Of a stretch of DNA of 64,000 bases, positions 37,916 to 52,600 are shown piece by piece. Position 1 is the stretch's first letter; each line of letters starts with the position of its first letter. Under the pieces are notes generated by a model. The model worked only from the letters and a program-made list of their open reading frames with translations, was not told the origin of the DNA and did not search any database. The stretch is taken from the NCBI GenBank assembly GCA_040954595.2, contig CM082585.2, forward strand, positions 4,427,358 through 4,491,357, given 5' to 3'. Source of the stretch: Balanoglossus misakiensis. Lineage: Eukaryota; Animalia; Hemichordata. Made by a program: the position numbers and the translations under genes.

Positions 37916-39693
37916 TTATTTCATTAGTTTTATATAGAATGCACTGGAATGACAAGTAAAGACTTCTTCCTTCCCCTTTGTGTCGACGTTTGATCTAGGA
38001 AAAAATTGACAACAATCTGTCAAAAATTCATCATGTATCCATTCAAGTTGTCTCATCAACGGCCGAAGAGTTTCTGTTGAAATAAAAAAATGTGACACTT
38101 GTTACCATTGATGTTTCTTGGTTGAGAAAACAGGTGCATATCGTACGTCCTCTATACTAGACTATAGTGTCATGTCTCCCAAATGTGGTAAAAAAGAGGC
38201 CTTCACGAGTCTGGTTGGGGTGTCGGTTGATGTGAAGAGACGCCGTGTGTATAGATTTCAATGTCATTGATTTTATTTAACCGAATATGAACTGAATGTC
38301 CTCGCGTGATACGGGACGGATCATTCTGGGACGTCAAACACCAGATACCATTGAAACTAACAACCTTTACAGTGGTCACAAATGGCCTTACTCGGTGATA
38401 ATTCACCATTGAGATTTTCTTTGCATTCACGTTGCAACTTCGCTCTTTAGAATTGGTCTTCTCTACGAATAATGCCTTTCATCATGGCAACAATATGCTT
38501 TCAGCCGTCCTTCGTGTCCGACCATGGGTCGTACATATATATGCTGTATAGTATACTAAGAGGTTATAGTCATTCACAAGCACGTGCGTATACCGTCCTT
38601 TGAAGCGTACAGTAAAGTATATACAAAGAAGACCATTTCCAATTTTTAGTTTGATGATTTCAAAACAATTTTACCTTTCCATTCATCCACTGTTCCAACC
38701 GCCGACGGTACAATATCCAGTTCAATGGTTCTCGGGTGTTTCTTGAACCCAAATTGCGCCACATAATCATTCAACATTTCTTCATCTCCATAAAAGGGCA
38801 CCTGGTTCGGAAGATATTCCTGTTGAGTTTTAGAGAAATTTGGAGATATTCAATTGTGTTGTGTACCATAGATGGCTCTGAGAATTGGACACAAGTACAT
38901 ATATTTAGGTACATGTTTTATAGATATTATTTATATAGGTGGTGGATAGGATCTTTCTCTTCTGTCTTCTAATATCTCTGCTGACAATATCTGCATTTTC
39001 GTTTGTAGGTTGGTTCAGAAAATTCGCGTAAAATCGCATAAGGTCAAAATTGTTATTACTAGTCCCTAGGGATTTTGATGCTGTGATTCACCACAAACAT
39101 GTAGTTGTGTACATTTCTGATGGTCAACAAGGTTGCAGAAGAAATGCTTAGATGTTTGGGGGTCGTCCCATATGCGGCTGCGGGTATATCATCCCAAATG
39201 ACGCACTCGCCACTCGCTACACTGTACACCAGGGCGAACAATGCGTTGTTACTTTTATCGCATTTTCAGGTGACTTTCATGATATAACGTGTTGGATGGC
39301 ATAGTCTTCATGGAGAGAAAGGCCACGCATGCGCAGTTTGGACGACCCTCCCTTTAAGTTAAAATGCCAAATTTACCTTGAGATACTGATTCCATTTGGG
39401 TAGATGTGTACATCCACTGTACATTCTTGAGAAATCATCTTTGTCATTCTTGACCCACAAAGTAATAGCAACAGTGCCATCTTGCTTAAGGCACCAGAAT
39501 ATATTTTCAAGCGCCCTTTCTCTTTTCTTCATCCATTCCATAACATAATTGGAGGACACCTTCGTAAATTTGTCTTTAAAGTTGCCAAAGCTATCTTGCA
39601 GTAAGGTGACATCTGCGACAAGGTATTCTGTTTTCCCCTCGACTGAATTGTTTTGACGTGCATACTTGATTGCCTTAGCAGATATATCGATTC
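37916..39693 (-). pseudogene. Class I SAM-dependent methyltransferase (JHAMT-like), copy 1, lacking exon 1
   Basis: Open exons 39377-39693 (GIDISAKAIKYA...VADV...KFTKVSSNYVMEWM...LENIFWCLKQDG), 38675-38819 and 37916-38073. The exon carrying the ATG and motif I, seen in copy 2, is deleted near 39734. Confidence 0.75.
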
Positions 39694-40066
39694 CTATAGT
39701 TTAAAAAAATGCATTTTACAAGCTCACAGCTTATTGCGCTAGTATGACATGCAATTTATGTCACTAGAACCAGTAGTGCACTAAGCAGACCTTTTCCTCT
39801 TTCCAAGAGAGCAAACGTTTCTTGATCTTCTTTGGTCCTCTGTGACACCTTTCACTGTGCACAACTGATCATTTAGTGTTATACCTACGCCGCAGAGTCT
39901 CCAGTTTCTTGTAATAGTCTAGGGAAACATAAAAGGGTGAACTTTTTTCCTAATTTGCAGTATAAAGTTGAGGGAAAGGGACCATGGTCCCTACCTCACT
40001 TGGAAGATAATAAATTACTTCATTTTTCCTTCCAGGAAACACGTGGTTGTCTGGAGCTTATTAAAA

Positions 40067-42853
40067 ATGAAAGTATTGATAAATGTTGCGTGTGTCTTGC
40101 TAACCGTGAAGTCAATAACAGGTATTCATTTACAATCCTGTTTGATTGTGTGTGTGTTCATAGAATCTGATTGTGAGTGCTTGATTTATTGATTCATTTG
40201 AACTTGATTTCTGTTGTTCAGGGGTCGGAAGAAGAATTCTAAACTACAACTTTCATTTATATTTTTTTCTTTCTCTCGAAGCATGTGACCCGCAATGGGA
40301 CAACTTCAAGGAAGGTTGTTACTATGCCTACCAATCTCAAGTGTACACGTACACAGAAGCCAGGACTGTGTGCACTGGCAAAGGTGGGACGCTAGTCATG
40401 ATAAATGATAGTGAAGAAAATGCATTTCTGAAAGGTAAGTGACCACAAACAAATCAATCGATGTATAGACCTTACTGTCTTTTTCTATTCAGCTGTGTGT
40501 GTCATGTGTCGTCGTCGAATTCATTAAGTTGGATTTTTTTCCAAAGATTGATAGCACATAAGATTTTCATATACACAGTGTGTTATTTGAATCAAAACCC
40601 CTCTAAGTACTGCTTTTGTTCCAAATAAGCAACGAGCTGTATTTCTTTCTTGACGACATGATAAATTAGTTAGGGGGACCACCAAGGCATGCAGTAACTC
40701 ATCATTAACACAAATGCAACATTCACGTCTATCCAAATCAGGCTTCACACTTGGTACAACTAATCTATGGATTGGTTTGAATGATATGGAGGATGAAGGA
40801 GATTGGAAATGGGAAGACGGTTCTAAGGTAATTAATATTTCTTCGAATTAAAACACTATTGCGTGTTTGTGTAAACAACATTTCTTTACTGCATAGATTT
40901 TATTTGCATATATTTTATTAACAGTCACAAGACCAATTGTGTAAGTTAACTGAATAAATCAGCTACAGTACTGAGATTTTATGAGTGTACATAAGATAAT
41001 AGTAAATGAGGGAAACGTATTTACAAATAAAACACCGCCAAAATGCCGACATTTGCAAAAACATATTCTACATTGTGGTAACCTGGTGTTGAAGTATTTT
41101 GCAATTGTCACATGCATGTTTTGTACGTCAATAATTCTTCGGTTCCAAAATTGTAATATATGTAAATGGTAATTAGGTAACTATCTGTCATGTCCGGCAC
41201 AGATATCATACAAAAATTGGATTAGAGCAGAACGGCCTAGTGAAAATGGTATCAGACCCAAAGATGGCATGAAAGACTGTGCCATATTGTCTGTTGTGGA
41301 TGATGGTCGATGGAAACCTGTTGATTGTAGGAAACGATTGGGATTCGTCTGTGAAAAACCATTTTGTGAGTAACCTCTCTTCCGAGCAAATGCTTAATAC
41401 TGAAAACGTCTTTTTGTTTACAATATCCCACCAAAAGAACACAGTTTGGCAAATCCTGTTGGTGAAAAATCACATTGGTCATCATTTGGTCTTCATGTCT
41501 TTAATTGTCAGTTGGTGAATACAGGTTCACCCAGTCTGTGAACACCCAACTGAAATTATACTCAAGAAAATAAATCAAATCCATCATGCGGACAATGTCA
41601 CATGCTCTAGCTACGAAAAGGCATCCGGCAGGTCCTTAGTTACCAAGCCTCCTTGTACAAAAGTTAAGCTTACGTGTAACAATCATAGATGTCAAGGCAA
41701 ACGACTCTCAGTGACATTATCTCATTTCAGTGGTCTGCAGTGTCACTGCTGTCGGTGTGGAGAGTGGAATCATACCAGACTCGCAGATGACAGCGAGCAG
41801 CACTTATGACTCTGTCCACATGGCTTTTCAAGGCAGACTCAATATTGTCGTGGCTGTTGGATCTTCCGCTTGGTGTTCCAAAGATAGGCGAATTGGAGAG
41901 TGGTTACAGATTGATCTGGGTAGCGTGCAAAAGGTTGCTGGCGTAGCCACACAAGTAGGTTTACCTGATTAAGGTAGTAGTATTTAAATAGATGATGAAG
42001 GGGGAAAATAATGTACAAATTTAGACCTTTCTAATTTAGGCCCTATATGAAAAATATGCGTATGCATTTTTCTCCATTTGGGCAACAAGCTAGTCCAGGC
42101 ATTCAAGTTGGTGTTCATCCCGGAATTATTTATCAGGTTATATTTCAGGTACCAATTAATGTCCCATGCACATAGTGCCGTTTAGCCCATGGAGTTTGTT
42201 TCTAAAACATTCGATGTACAAAGGAATTTAGATTTTTAAGTGCATATTCCCCCAATGTACGTGCGAAATCTCTAGCTCCAACGTACGTTGTAAATATACT
42301 GTGTGACAGCTGCTGTTTATATTAGCTTGAGGAAAGTGTGTTTAGGCCAGGAAAAGGATTATCATTTTAAATTCATTCTAATTACTACCAGGGGCGGCAT
42401 GATTCACCCCAGTGGGTTACGAAGTTTGCATTAGCATATGAAGACAAGAACGGTGCATGGAAGTATATCGTGGACGGTAATGGCATCCAAAAGGCACGTT
42501 ATACGAACTAATTGTTTCATATCTCGATCTCTCTCTCCCTCCCCCCCACTCTCTCTCTCTCCCTCCCTCCCCCCTCCCTCTACAAGATTATATTTGACCT
42601 ATGTTTGAATATTTCAAGTCTTGAATGTTGTGTGCGTTTGTTATGTGTCTGACACAGTCTGGTGGTCAATTTATCCCACCTAATGTTAGGTTATATGTTT
42701 TATTTGTAGGTGTTTGAAGCTAATTCTGACGCCTATACAATTGTCTACCACAACTTGGTAGAAGACCGCTTCACTGCTAGGCTTGTACGGTTTTACCCGC
42801 TTAACTGGATAACCCACATTTCCATGAGGGTTGAAATCTATGTATGCAAATAA
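40067..42853 (+). CDS. Secreted C-type lectin + F5/8 type C protein, paralog C copy 1 (~308 aa)
   Basis: Exons 40067-40121 (MKVLINVACVLLTVKSIT), 40282-40434, 40742-40827, 41203-41365, 41731-41954, 42392-42493 (GC donor) and 42710-42853. Same exon phases as paralog B. Confidence 0.9.
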
Positions 42854-42974
42854 CATGGCTCTCAAACTGGCTGCGGGCTCTCCCTGCAGTTCTAGATGGT
42901 GTTTGTTTTTGTGTGTGCACTTATTACTAGTAGTAGCGTTTTTTATGTGTCAACTGAACGATGTCGATTATTAA

Positions 42975-43320
42975 AGGGACAAAGTCTCTCTCTCGCTGCC
43001 CTTTTTCCATTAATTATATTTGATAAGAGACAACGTTTGTTATTCTACATGTAGATATATAGTGAATGAACATTCAACCACACACAACTTCCATCCCTTT
43101 TATAGACAGGAGAGTGAAAAAACTCGCCAAAATAAATAATCGTTCTTTACCATTTATTCATTTTGGGCGAGTTTTTACTCTCATATCATACAAGTGGGAT
43201 GGAAGTTGTGTGTGGTTGAACATTTATTCACTATATATCCACATGTACATTAACATAAACAGTGTCTTGTATCAAACATAATTAATGGGAAAAGGCCAGC
43301 GAGAGAGAGACTTTGTTCCT
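42975..43320. mobile_element. 346-bp near-palindromic MITE, TTAA TSD (Kolobok-like AGGG...CCT ends)
   Basis: TTAA-AGGGACAAAGTCTCT...AGAGACTTTGTTCCT-TTAA; a second copy lies at 57472. Confidence 0.88.
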
Positions 43321-43801
43321 TTAACTTGTTTTACACAAAGCCCTAAAAACAAAAACAAAAACAAATACTTATACATCGCAATTCATGAGATCAGTATATA
43401 GACACATTTCAAAGCCGCCATCTCTTTTATATCACAGGGCAGTCATTGGAGTGGGACTGTGGTATGAATGGCATCCTGTACCGTACTTGTAGGCCTTGTA
43501 GGGCTTCTAATGGGTTGAAAATCAAGTGCTACTTACTACCAAAGTGGTACTAAAATGTGTACGTAATATGCTTTGAAATGTTTAAGTTTTGGAAGAATTA
43601 GAGTTTATTGCCGAATCGCATGACATCTTAATATCCGAATAATAAAAATGACAACCCCGAATGAACACAAAGAAAGCACGAACAATGGGTCGAAAAGTCC
43701 TGCGATTTTCAAAATGACGTCCATTGACGATCTGTACTCGTTGTTTTAAGAATCGAAATATACAGCTTTTGTCTTATACAATATCTGCAGGTTCAGCTTA
43801 A

Positions 43802-44241
43802 ACCCCGGTGCGGGGTATAAAAGACCCCCCAAATCAATGGCGAATCTTAATGCCGTTTGACTGACAACAGACAACACCAACGATCTTGGCTCTATGAAAA
43901 TCGGCCCAAACAGGTCCAAGAATAAAGAATTACACCACTCAACGACAGTAGTTGGCTTTATAAACACACACAACATAAAGTTATCGACGAAAAAGGACAC
44001 GAGCTTTTGAAAGAACGATGATTTTGGGAGAAATCTGGTTTCAGTGCTTTTCAGAAGCGTCCCTGGGAAACAATAACCACGCCATTCAAACAGTTGTCAA
44101 TCGCGTGGAAGTGTGAAGTGTTCAATTATTTTCTGTGTACATGAGATCAATTATACAGTCGTTATGCACGACTACCACTCCCAAATAAACAACTATACAA
44201 ACACACGTTAATCCGAATCCCTGGCCTTTCCGCACCGGGGT
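43802..44241. mobile_element. 440-bp TTAA-flanked MITE
   Basis: TTAA-ACCCCGGTGCGG...CCGCACCGGGGT-TTAA. Confidence 0.7.
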
Positions 44242-44342
44242 TTAAAAACGTTTAATGGTACATGTAAGACAATTGCTCAGTGGCTCAGTTATTATATGCA
44301 TGATAAAATGCGCCCTCTTTTGGTGAACTCTTCCTACAAGAC

Positions 44343-44595
44343 TAGTCTGGTCCCTTGCCCCATTCCCACCGCTGGCTGCGCTACGCTAAAGGAAAGGGGT
44401 CAGGTACGCGCTATAGTAAACATGGCTCTCATTGGCGTGCGGACATTGGAGGCATCCATCTCGCTTATGATCACGTGGGCTTTGTTTCATTATTATATTC
44501 GGGCCAGGTTTTTAACCAAGATGGTGGCCCGTACCTGACCCCTTTCCTTTAGAGTAGCGCAGCCAGCGGTGGGAATGGGGCAGGGGACCAGATTA
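44343..44595. mobile_element. 253-bp MITE with ~65-bp TIRs (TAGTCTGG...CCAGATTA)
   Basis: Long near-perfect inverted arms. Possible degenerate TSD cctacaagac/catgcaagcc. Confidence 0.75.
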
Positions 44596-46412
44596 CATGC
44601 AAGCCAAGGTAAGTGGTCAGGCAGGCGGTAGGAAGAGTTCACCATAAGAGGGCGTATCGCGCAAGCAGAGCAGCCTGAGAAAGGTTAGAATCGCACCGGT
44701 AAGAGAAAGGCAGAATAAGAAAAAGAGGCTGACCGACGACAATTTTTTCGGTTTCTATCATATCCATGAATAAATCCCTGTGGTTATACCAGTATATTTT
44801 ATTGACAGCATTTTCTGTATCTACACGAGATTTCATGAAGTCATTAAAAATGCAAAAAAACTGCTAAGTGGCCCACTTTCCCGTTAAGGCCAGATTCTAC
44901 GCCGTGCAACATTAAAACCCTCAATGTTAGCCATAACGTTTATTGAAATAATAAATGAAGATTGGTGTCGCAGGTGTGCAGTTCGTTTCCTTGAATCAAA
45001 CGCACACTGGAAGTCGCGGGGTCAGAATATTGAGTGTTTCATGGTACAAATCATCCCATGCACCTATTGCTGCAGTTTGCAGCCCCTCCATCTCCCCTGG
45101 ACGATTTTTGGTTTTGCGGGGAGAGGGCGGGGCTGCAGGTCCCAGCTATTCTAAACCGCACAACGAGCGACCGAGATTTTAGGCCGGAGCGAATTTCTAC
45201 ACTCCAGACATCTCCAGTCAACAATTTTCCACATTTTTTTCGCCAAATCGGTCCCGGAACCCATTCCACGCTTGCCTAGCAAAGGATGTCATGGTATTTG
45301 TCGATTTTGCCTATGTTTTCCCAGTTCTTCAACCAAAATCGGCAATGGGTTTCAAAACAGCCGCCATCTTGACTTGTATACTTGGAAGCCGACAGCTTGG
45401 CTGATTCCCAATATTATTCAAGTTCCATTAGCTGTAACTGTTGGCGATATTTTCAGTGTTAAAGTTCAATGTAACGAATAGCTGCGATTTCTTTGTTGAT
45501 CCCCTGAAGCATGAACAACCAACATTATGTACCGTACAGCCAGCATTTTAGTTGAAGAAACTTTAATTCAAGTCTGGACTGGAACTCGTTTAAGTATAAC
45601 ACTTGGTTGTTACACTTAATTGGACATTTTAAACAAGCAGTCAATACTGGATAGCTGATCATGCTGTTTAGCGAATAGAAGAAATTGTACTTGATATAGA
45701 ACAAAAATGATGGGGGAAAAAGCCCAAAGTTATGTTACAGATATTCGGTTAATGGGATCTTGAGTGTGGCTCAATGAGATTGACATGCAAAATTACTAAA
45801 GGACCAGTGGCAGTGTAGCATGATCTAAACATCAAGCTTTGATCATCATAGAAGCATTGTGCTTTCCATGATGATCTTTGCCTGTTTTATATGTAATATC
45901 GCAAACATATTGTCAGGACAAGTCTAACAGTTGCCCAACATAAAAGTGGCCTTATGGTATATGTATATAAGTCAACTAATGGTAACTTCAAACAAACAAT
46001 GACCTGACCATATTATGATGTTAAAACACACAATTTAATTCACATTCCCTAAAAAATAGGAAATAATTACTGAGAACAAAGCCAAACAATATTCTATATT
46101 TGTATCATGGAAATTTAACAGCATGTACTAGTAGTAAAATTTGCCAAATGTTGCATCATAGGTCCTCAATCTTTGATATCATATGGCATCTTAACAATCA
46201 CAATGCCACACATACTTTCTTTCAAAACCAGTTAATCAATTTATCGACTGTTCGGAAACCTTAATATAGAAGTTACACACAAAGTTCAGTGTTATGTGCT
46301 TTGGAGGCTAGCTGGCAGAATTACCGGTTTATATACAAGGGCACAATTCTTTGAGTGTTAGTGGTATATGACATCTAATGAAATGTTACAATCAGCTCAA
46401 CATTAATCCACT

Positions 46413-49243
46413 TTATTCACATACATAGACTTCAACTCTCATTGACATCTTATTTCGCCAGGTCTGAGGGTAAAACCGAACATACTGAGACACGAAGGAG
46501 TCATCCATTAAATCATGGTAGACGACTGTAGTCATATCAGTATTCCCTACAAACACCTGAAACGATATATATATATACAGATTATTTCATAATCATGCCT
46601 TCAAATCATATGTTATGGTTTAGATTCATATTCTATTATGTTTAGATTTGTGTGAGCGCAGAAGTCATAGGCTAAGTGAGACCATGACAGACTGTTTCTA
46701 CTCTAAGAGGATCACAAATGTGCATTTAAATAGGGTAAAGTTCTGTAAAACTTATTCAGTAATACATCCTTAGTTATCTGAGCATGATTCTTAACAAACA
46801 CTTAAAATCTACCTTCAGGAGACCGTCACTGCCAAGGATATATTTCCAAACACCATTGTCATCATAAGCCAACACGAATGTCTTCACCCACTGGTTATAT
46901 TCTCCCCGTCCCTAGATTTAATAAGAAATGTTATTAACTTTAATCAATTGGAGTTAGGGGTGGACATGCCACCCACTGAAAATGTGTAATTGCATGGCTG
47001 TTTCAATGTTAAATGGTGACAGTTGTTATATTTGCATTGACAATACACCTTTGTGCCCATTTAGCAGGTTGGTGTATAATGAGAGTTTTATGGTGATATG
47101 TTGGGAACTTGTCGACAACCTAATCCCTCCCAACCTCAACCTTCGCCCCTGTTCCCGCTATTCAGGTCCAATTCACCATAGGACATAATTGATTTGGATC
47201 AAACCATGATGATGAAAGGGTTAAAAGATTAACACTTACCTGTGTTGCAACCCCAACCACCTCTCTAATGCTACCGAGGTTTATCTGTAACCACTGTCCT
47301 GCCGCGTTGTACTTCGAAAGCCATCCCGATGCTTTGCCAGGTTTGATGTAGTTCAGCCTTGCCTGATATGACATTCTAATAGCATGGTGGTTACTACTTG
47401 CTGTGATTTGCGAGTCTAGAATCTCGCCACTCTCCATACCAGCAGCAACAGCGTTACCGCAAGGCACTAGAATAAAGTAATTCATACACTAAACTCAACA
47501 TTATTCCATATATTTTAGGGAGGGGGTGTTATTGGATATTTTTGATTAACATGTACACAACTGGTTGGATTAGTTTGCCATTTTGAATTTTACTTGATAC
47601 TATAATTGTATACTATTGAATTTGCTCACTGTAACTCTTGATTTTACTATAAACACAAAAAGGGCGAACTTTGTAAATTACATTGAATGATAAATGATGT
47701 CATACCAACACCAGGATTGATGTAAAGCCACTCAGGGGTTACAAAGGTTGTCTTAATACTCACCAAATGATTTTTCACAAATTAATCCCAGGCGTTTTCT
47801 GCAGTCCACAGGTTGCCATTGACCGTTGTTATCAGCAGACATTACAGCACAATCTGTGATGCCTTCTGTATCTGGCATGGTGCCAGTTTGTCCAGGTCGT
47901 TCTGTTGAGACCCAGTTTTTATATGACACCTGGTGTGAAATAGATATCACTGTTACAATTGATATTGAAAGGATACTTGGCCCTCTATGGCAGCAATGAA
48001 CATTTCCTCGTTCATGCCAGGTATTATTCTTGTCTGAGAAAGTGTTGTTGTTTGTTTGTTTGTTTGTTTGTTTTTAGGGGGAGGTTGCACCAAGGTAACT
48101 TGTGAGGTTCACATTTCTCTTGAAATACCGAAAAGGACGTTCACCTAAAAATGACAATTTTCTCCTGGTCGTTGCCTTATCTTTTGGGGGGAAAAGACTT
48201 GACCAGAAACAGCTCTTTTAATATTTTGGCCTTTAATACAGGATAATGCAGAACCAATTATTTTTGCATCATGGATGTGTTAGGTAATACACTTGAAACA
48301 ATATGTCTTTGGCTGTATATTTATATACTAAACAAGCCAGAAAAATACACGAGAATATTGAATTCAGCTAAATTTCAAGTATAATGGTTTGTCTAGAAGT
48401 TTGTTACCTGACTTCCATCTTCCCATCTCCAGTCTCCTTCATTCTCGATATCATTCAAACCTATCCATAGACCAAAAGTACCACGTGTATACCCTGTGGT
48501 GAAAAACAAAAGCAAATTACCTCAGTTCCAACAGGTACTGGTAAATGCCATGCTTTCTGGTTGAATTCGTTCTGATTGGCGACATTGACACATTACAAGT
48601 GACAGTATTAAAGGTATACAGCCACCTCTTCATGGTACATATGCCCATATATGGTGAAAAGGACGTGTGTAGGAATGACCATGCGATGGCCACTTGTTGA
48701 GCGTCTGACACCAACTGAAAATCTGTGATTGGCCAATTTTGAATTTTTCATCATAACAGTGGTTAAATAGGCTTGGTGTTAAACTAAAAAATTCCTTCTT
48801 GAATGTGCTTAGACCAGGGTTTTCATCACACTGATCTTGTTATGAACATAACAGTATTCTAAGTACCGAGTTTCTATATTATTATGGAATCTTTTCAAAT
48901 CGCTGTTTACCTTGCAGAAACAAATTTTCCTCACTGTCGTTTATTGTGGCTAGCGTCCCACCTTTGCCTGTGCACACAGTCCTGGCTTCTTTATACATGT
49001 ACACTTGGGATTGGTAGGCATAGTAACAACCTTCTTTAAAGTTCTCCCATTGTGGGTCACATGCTTGAAGAAAAAGAACACAAAGTCATCATTTTTAATT
49101 CAACAAAAATGTGGCGAGAGTGAGCAAAATGAATGGAAACTTCACAGCTTTCTTGGCAACAACACGAAAGTACTAGAAATACCTTTAATCGTTTGATTGA
49201 TGAAAACGACGAGTATGATTATCACAGGTAGTTTCATTGCCAT
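46413..49243 (-). CDS. Secreted C-type lectin + F5/8 type C protein, paralog B copy 2 (~311 aa)
   Basis: Exons 49183-49243, 48911-49063, 48408-48493, 47764-47929, 47240-47466, 46813-46911 and 46413-46556. Exon lengths are identical to B1 and the frame is open. Confidence 0.92.
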
Positions 49244-49688
49244 CAAATATACACCATCTGAATATGTAGCCAGAGGAACAGTTTGTCTGCAACAAAGAAA
49301 AGATAATGCTAGAGATGTCACCAACAATAAGTGTACTCAAATTTGTCTGTGTTTTGGAGCTTGATCTTAGCCAAACAAGTATCTCCCACAGCTGTTCACA
49401 TTTCAGAACATTTAATTTCAAATAGCCAACAGTTACAGCAATACCCTTTTAGTATCCTGCCTTATACAATGTGAAACTATATTAAGTTATGTCATCATTG
49501 TGTTAACATTATTAAGCATTCTTGACGTCATAGCGACTTAAACGCTGAGTGTGAAATACGTTATTTGACATACGACATCGGAACTGCGCACTATACCATC
49601 CTCAAGACCATCTATCATATGTATACGAAAAAATATCATTTCATTCCACTTGGTCAATATTTGCTGTCTTTCTTTTTATCATTTGGGA

Positions 49689-52600
49689 ATGCTGCTCTCT
49701 GCATGCGTGTAATGATATACTCACCTTACGTGAAGGCAAACGATTTGTTGTATTCACAGTCCTAGGGGTGAAATGCAGGACTTATTAAACTCAAAACAGT
49801 CACTAATCCTTATCCTGTACAGCCCCTCTGGTTATATAAAGAAAGACATTTGAAATGCTTCATTCAACACCCACAGCCCTACCATCAATAGGTAGAATTG
49901 CATTCAAGAGAATCTTAATCTGCTCTTTTCAAATACATTTCCTATGCCTATCGGTATTACTTTCTGCCGAGTCAAAAAAAAACCCAGTGCAGTGTGTTGG
50001 CACGATCTCTGGACAAATTTTACCAACTTTCAAATGGTAACTGTCATGAACAAGATTCGAACTACCCGGTACTTACTAATAAGATTTTGAAAATAGTTTA
50101 CATCTCACTTTTCCACATGATTATTTTTGTATTTACAAATGGAAGTCTAATATTTGTACCGAAAAACAAGTTTTTTTTGCATGAGACAGCTTCCATATCC
50201 CCGAGGGTAAACTTTCTTTTCAACTTAAAAAGTCAAATTCCAGACACCCGGGCCTTCGTTCATCTTTCAAACGCTATCCAAAGTACTTCAAATTGTTTAT
50301 AGAAAAAGAGCAGGCAAGAAAAATAGTTATGCTACTTACAACAGCTATCGTCAGTTCCGAAGAATGAACGACCGCTCACTAATCCGGATGCGTCCGATCA
50401 CTCTTGCTTCTAGTAGTATCAATCCGCGATACAAAGTTAAAATTTGACAGTTAACCATGTGGCTGGCATTAAGGCGCGGATTTCATTTGGAACGAAACAC
50501 TTCATGTTGTATAGTCTGTACACGAGGCAAATGAAGACGCTTGAAAAGTCTTTGATCCTGTTTGCAAATTGGCAAAATGAAAGGAACTACTTTTTTTGAA
50601 AATGATTGATTTTCGCCAAATATAAAGATGCCGGTTTTAATTTTGTGATTAAAGCAATAATTTAATTATATGCGATAACGTACACTTGTACCAACTTAAT
50701 CACATAATCAGAACCACTCAACATACCATGAGGCCATTACACGGGCTGTAGGATAAATTTTAAATAATCATGTTCATTTTCATTTGCTTTACAGGTGCTC
50801 ATGTACACTTGACTTCTTTTGTTTCCGAAGTGGACGGATGTCTGTAATCGGGATTTGAAGACTTCAATTTGATTGGCTGAATGTTGTAAACAAGGTATGA
50901 ATATATAACGACGAACTACTTTATTCTGCGTAAGTAAGACGCGCATGTCATTACCTGTTTGTGCGTCCTACATGTAAATCCATGTATGCTGTGTTTGGTT
51001 TAACCCGAATCTGCTGTAAAATTGTAAGTACATATCTATAACAAATGGCTTCCCTCTTTCGTATTTACTTTGTATGTCAAGCGTCGTGTTCCAGAATAGC
51101 CGTTCTATTTAGTATGTAAATGTCCCTAGACTCGGTAAGCTACAACTTGTTAGAGTTTTATATAGTTGACGAAGATTTTAGGAGCTAGTTTGTTAACATT
51201 GCCAGTTCGCATTCTGTCAGGAGATTCCTTGACAGTTAGTACGTGCTATGTGCGCAAGAGACAGCGCAATGGAATTGCTCAAAGGGGTCAGGATTTCTGT
51301 TTATTTTCAGTGGCTGTGAGGTGTTTATTTCGATGTACCGGTATGTTTATGTTGACAATTTGCTGCTGTTCATATCCCTTATTTATCACTATAGCATCAT
51401 ATCATTATCAGGGATTATATTACCATGGCCTGTGTGTCGCATTTTAAATGGTCGAGATGAATGACGTCACTGACTGCAAATACTGCAGTATTAATGGTTT
51501 GTTTACATGCCCGTAAATCTGAATAGTAATATTAGCAAACAGTTCAGTGAATACAACATTTTGCGTAACACAATTTCCGCGGCCCCTAGTGGGACATTTT
51601 CGTACATTTTGACGGTTTTCTTGAGTTCGTTGGTAATATAATGGAAATAACCGACTCCGCCCTGACCATTAACGTTTGTTTATGGGCGCGGGCTCGAGGA
51701 AAGCCAAAATTCATGGGCTCGGAAGCCTCGCCCATGAATTTTTGGCTTTCCTCTCGGCCTTGCTCAAAAACAAACGTTAATGGTCAGAGCGTCGTCCATT
51801 ATTTCTAAATTATGCTGCTCTCTGCATGCGTGTAATGATATACTCACCTTACCTGAAGGCAAACGATTTGTTGTAATCACATGTGTTTAGAGTCCTAGGG
51901 GTGAAAAAATAGGACTAATTAAACTCAAAACAGTCACTAATCCTTATCCTGTACAGCCCCTCTGGTTATATAAAGAAAGACATTTGAAATGCTTCATTCA
52001 ACACCCACAGCCCTACCATCAATAGGTAGAATTGTATTCAAGAGAATCTTAATCTGCTCTTTTCAAATACATTTCCTATGCCTATCGGTATTATTTTCTG
52101 CCGAGTCAAAAAAAAAAACCAGTGCAGTGTGTTGGCACGATCTCTGGACAATTTTTACCAACTTTCAAATTGTAACTGTCATGAACAAGATTCGAACTAC
52201 CCGGTACTTACTAATAAGATTTTGAAAATAGTTTACATCTCACTTTTCCACATGATTATTTTTGTATTTACAAATGGAAGTCTAATATTTGTACCGAAAA
52301 ACAAGTTTTTTTTGCATGAGACAGCTTCCATATCCCCGAGGGTAAACTTTCTTTTCAACTTAAAAAGTCAAATTCCAGACACCCGGGCCCTCGTTCATCT
52401 TTCAAACGCTATCCAAAGTACTTCAAAATGTTTATAGAAAAATAGCAGGCAAGAAAAATAGTTATGCTACTTACAACACCTATCGTCAGTTCCGAAGAAT
52501 GAACGACCGCTCACTAATCCGGATGCGTCCGATCACTCTTGCTTCTAGTAGTATCAATCCGCGATACAAAGTTAAAATTTGACAGTTAACCATGTGGCTG

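Larger units (their letters stand above)
29610..45383 (+). repeat. Segmental duplication unit 1 (B1 - methyltransferase pseudogene - C1)
   Basis: Sequence from 29610 (ggaagccgacagct...) recurs colinearly from 45384, introns included. Confidence 0.92.
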
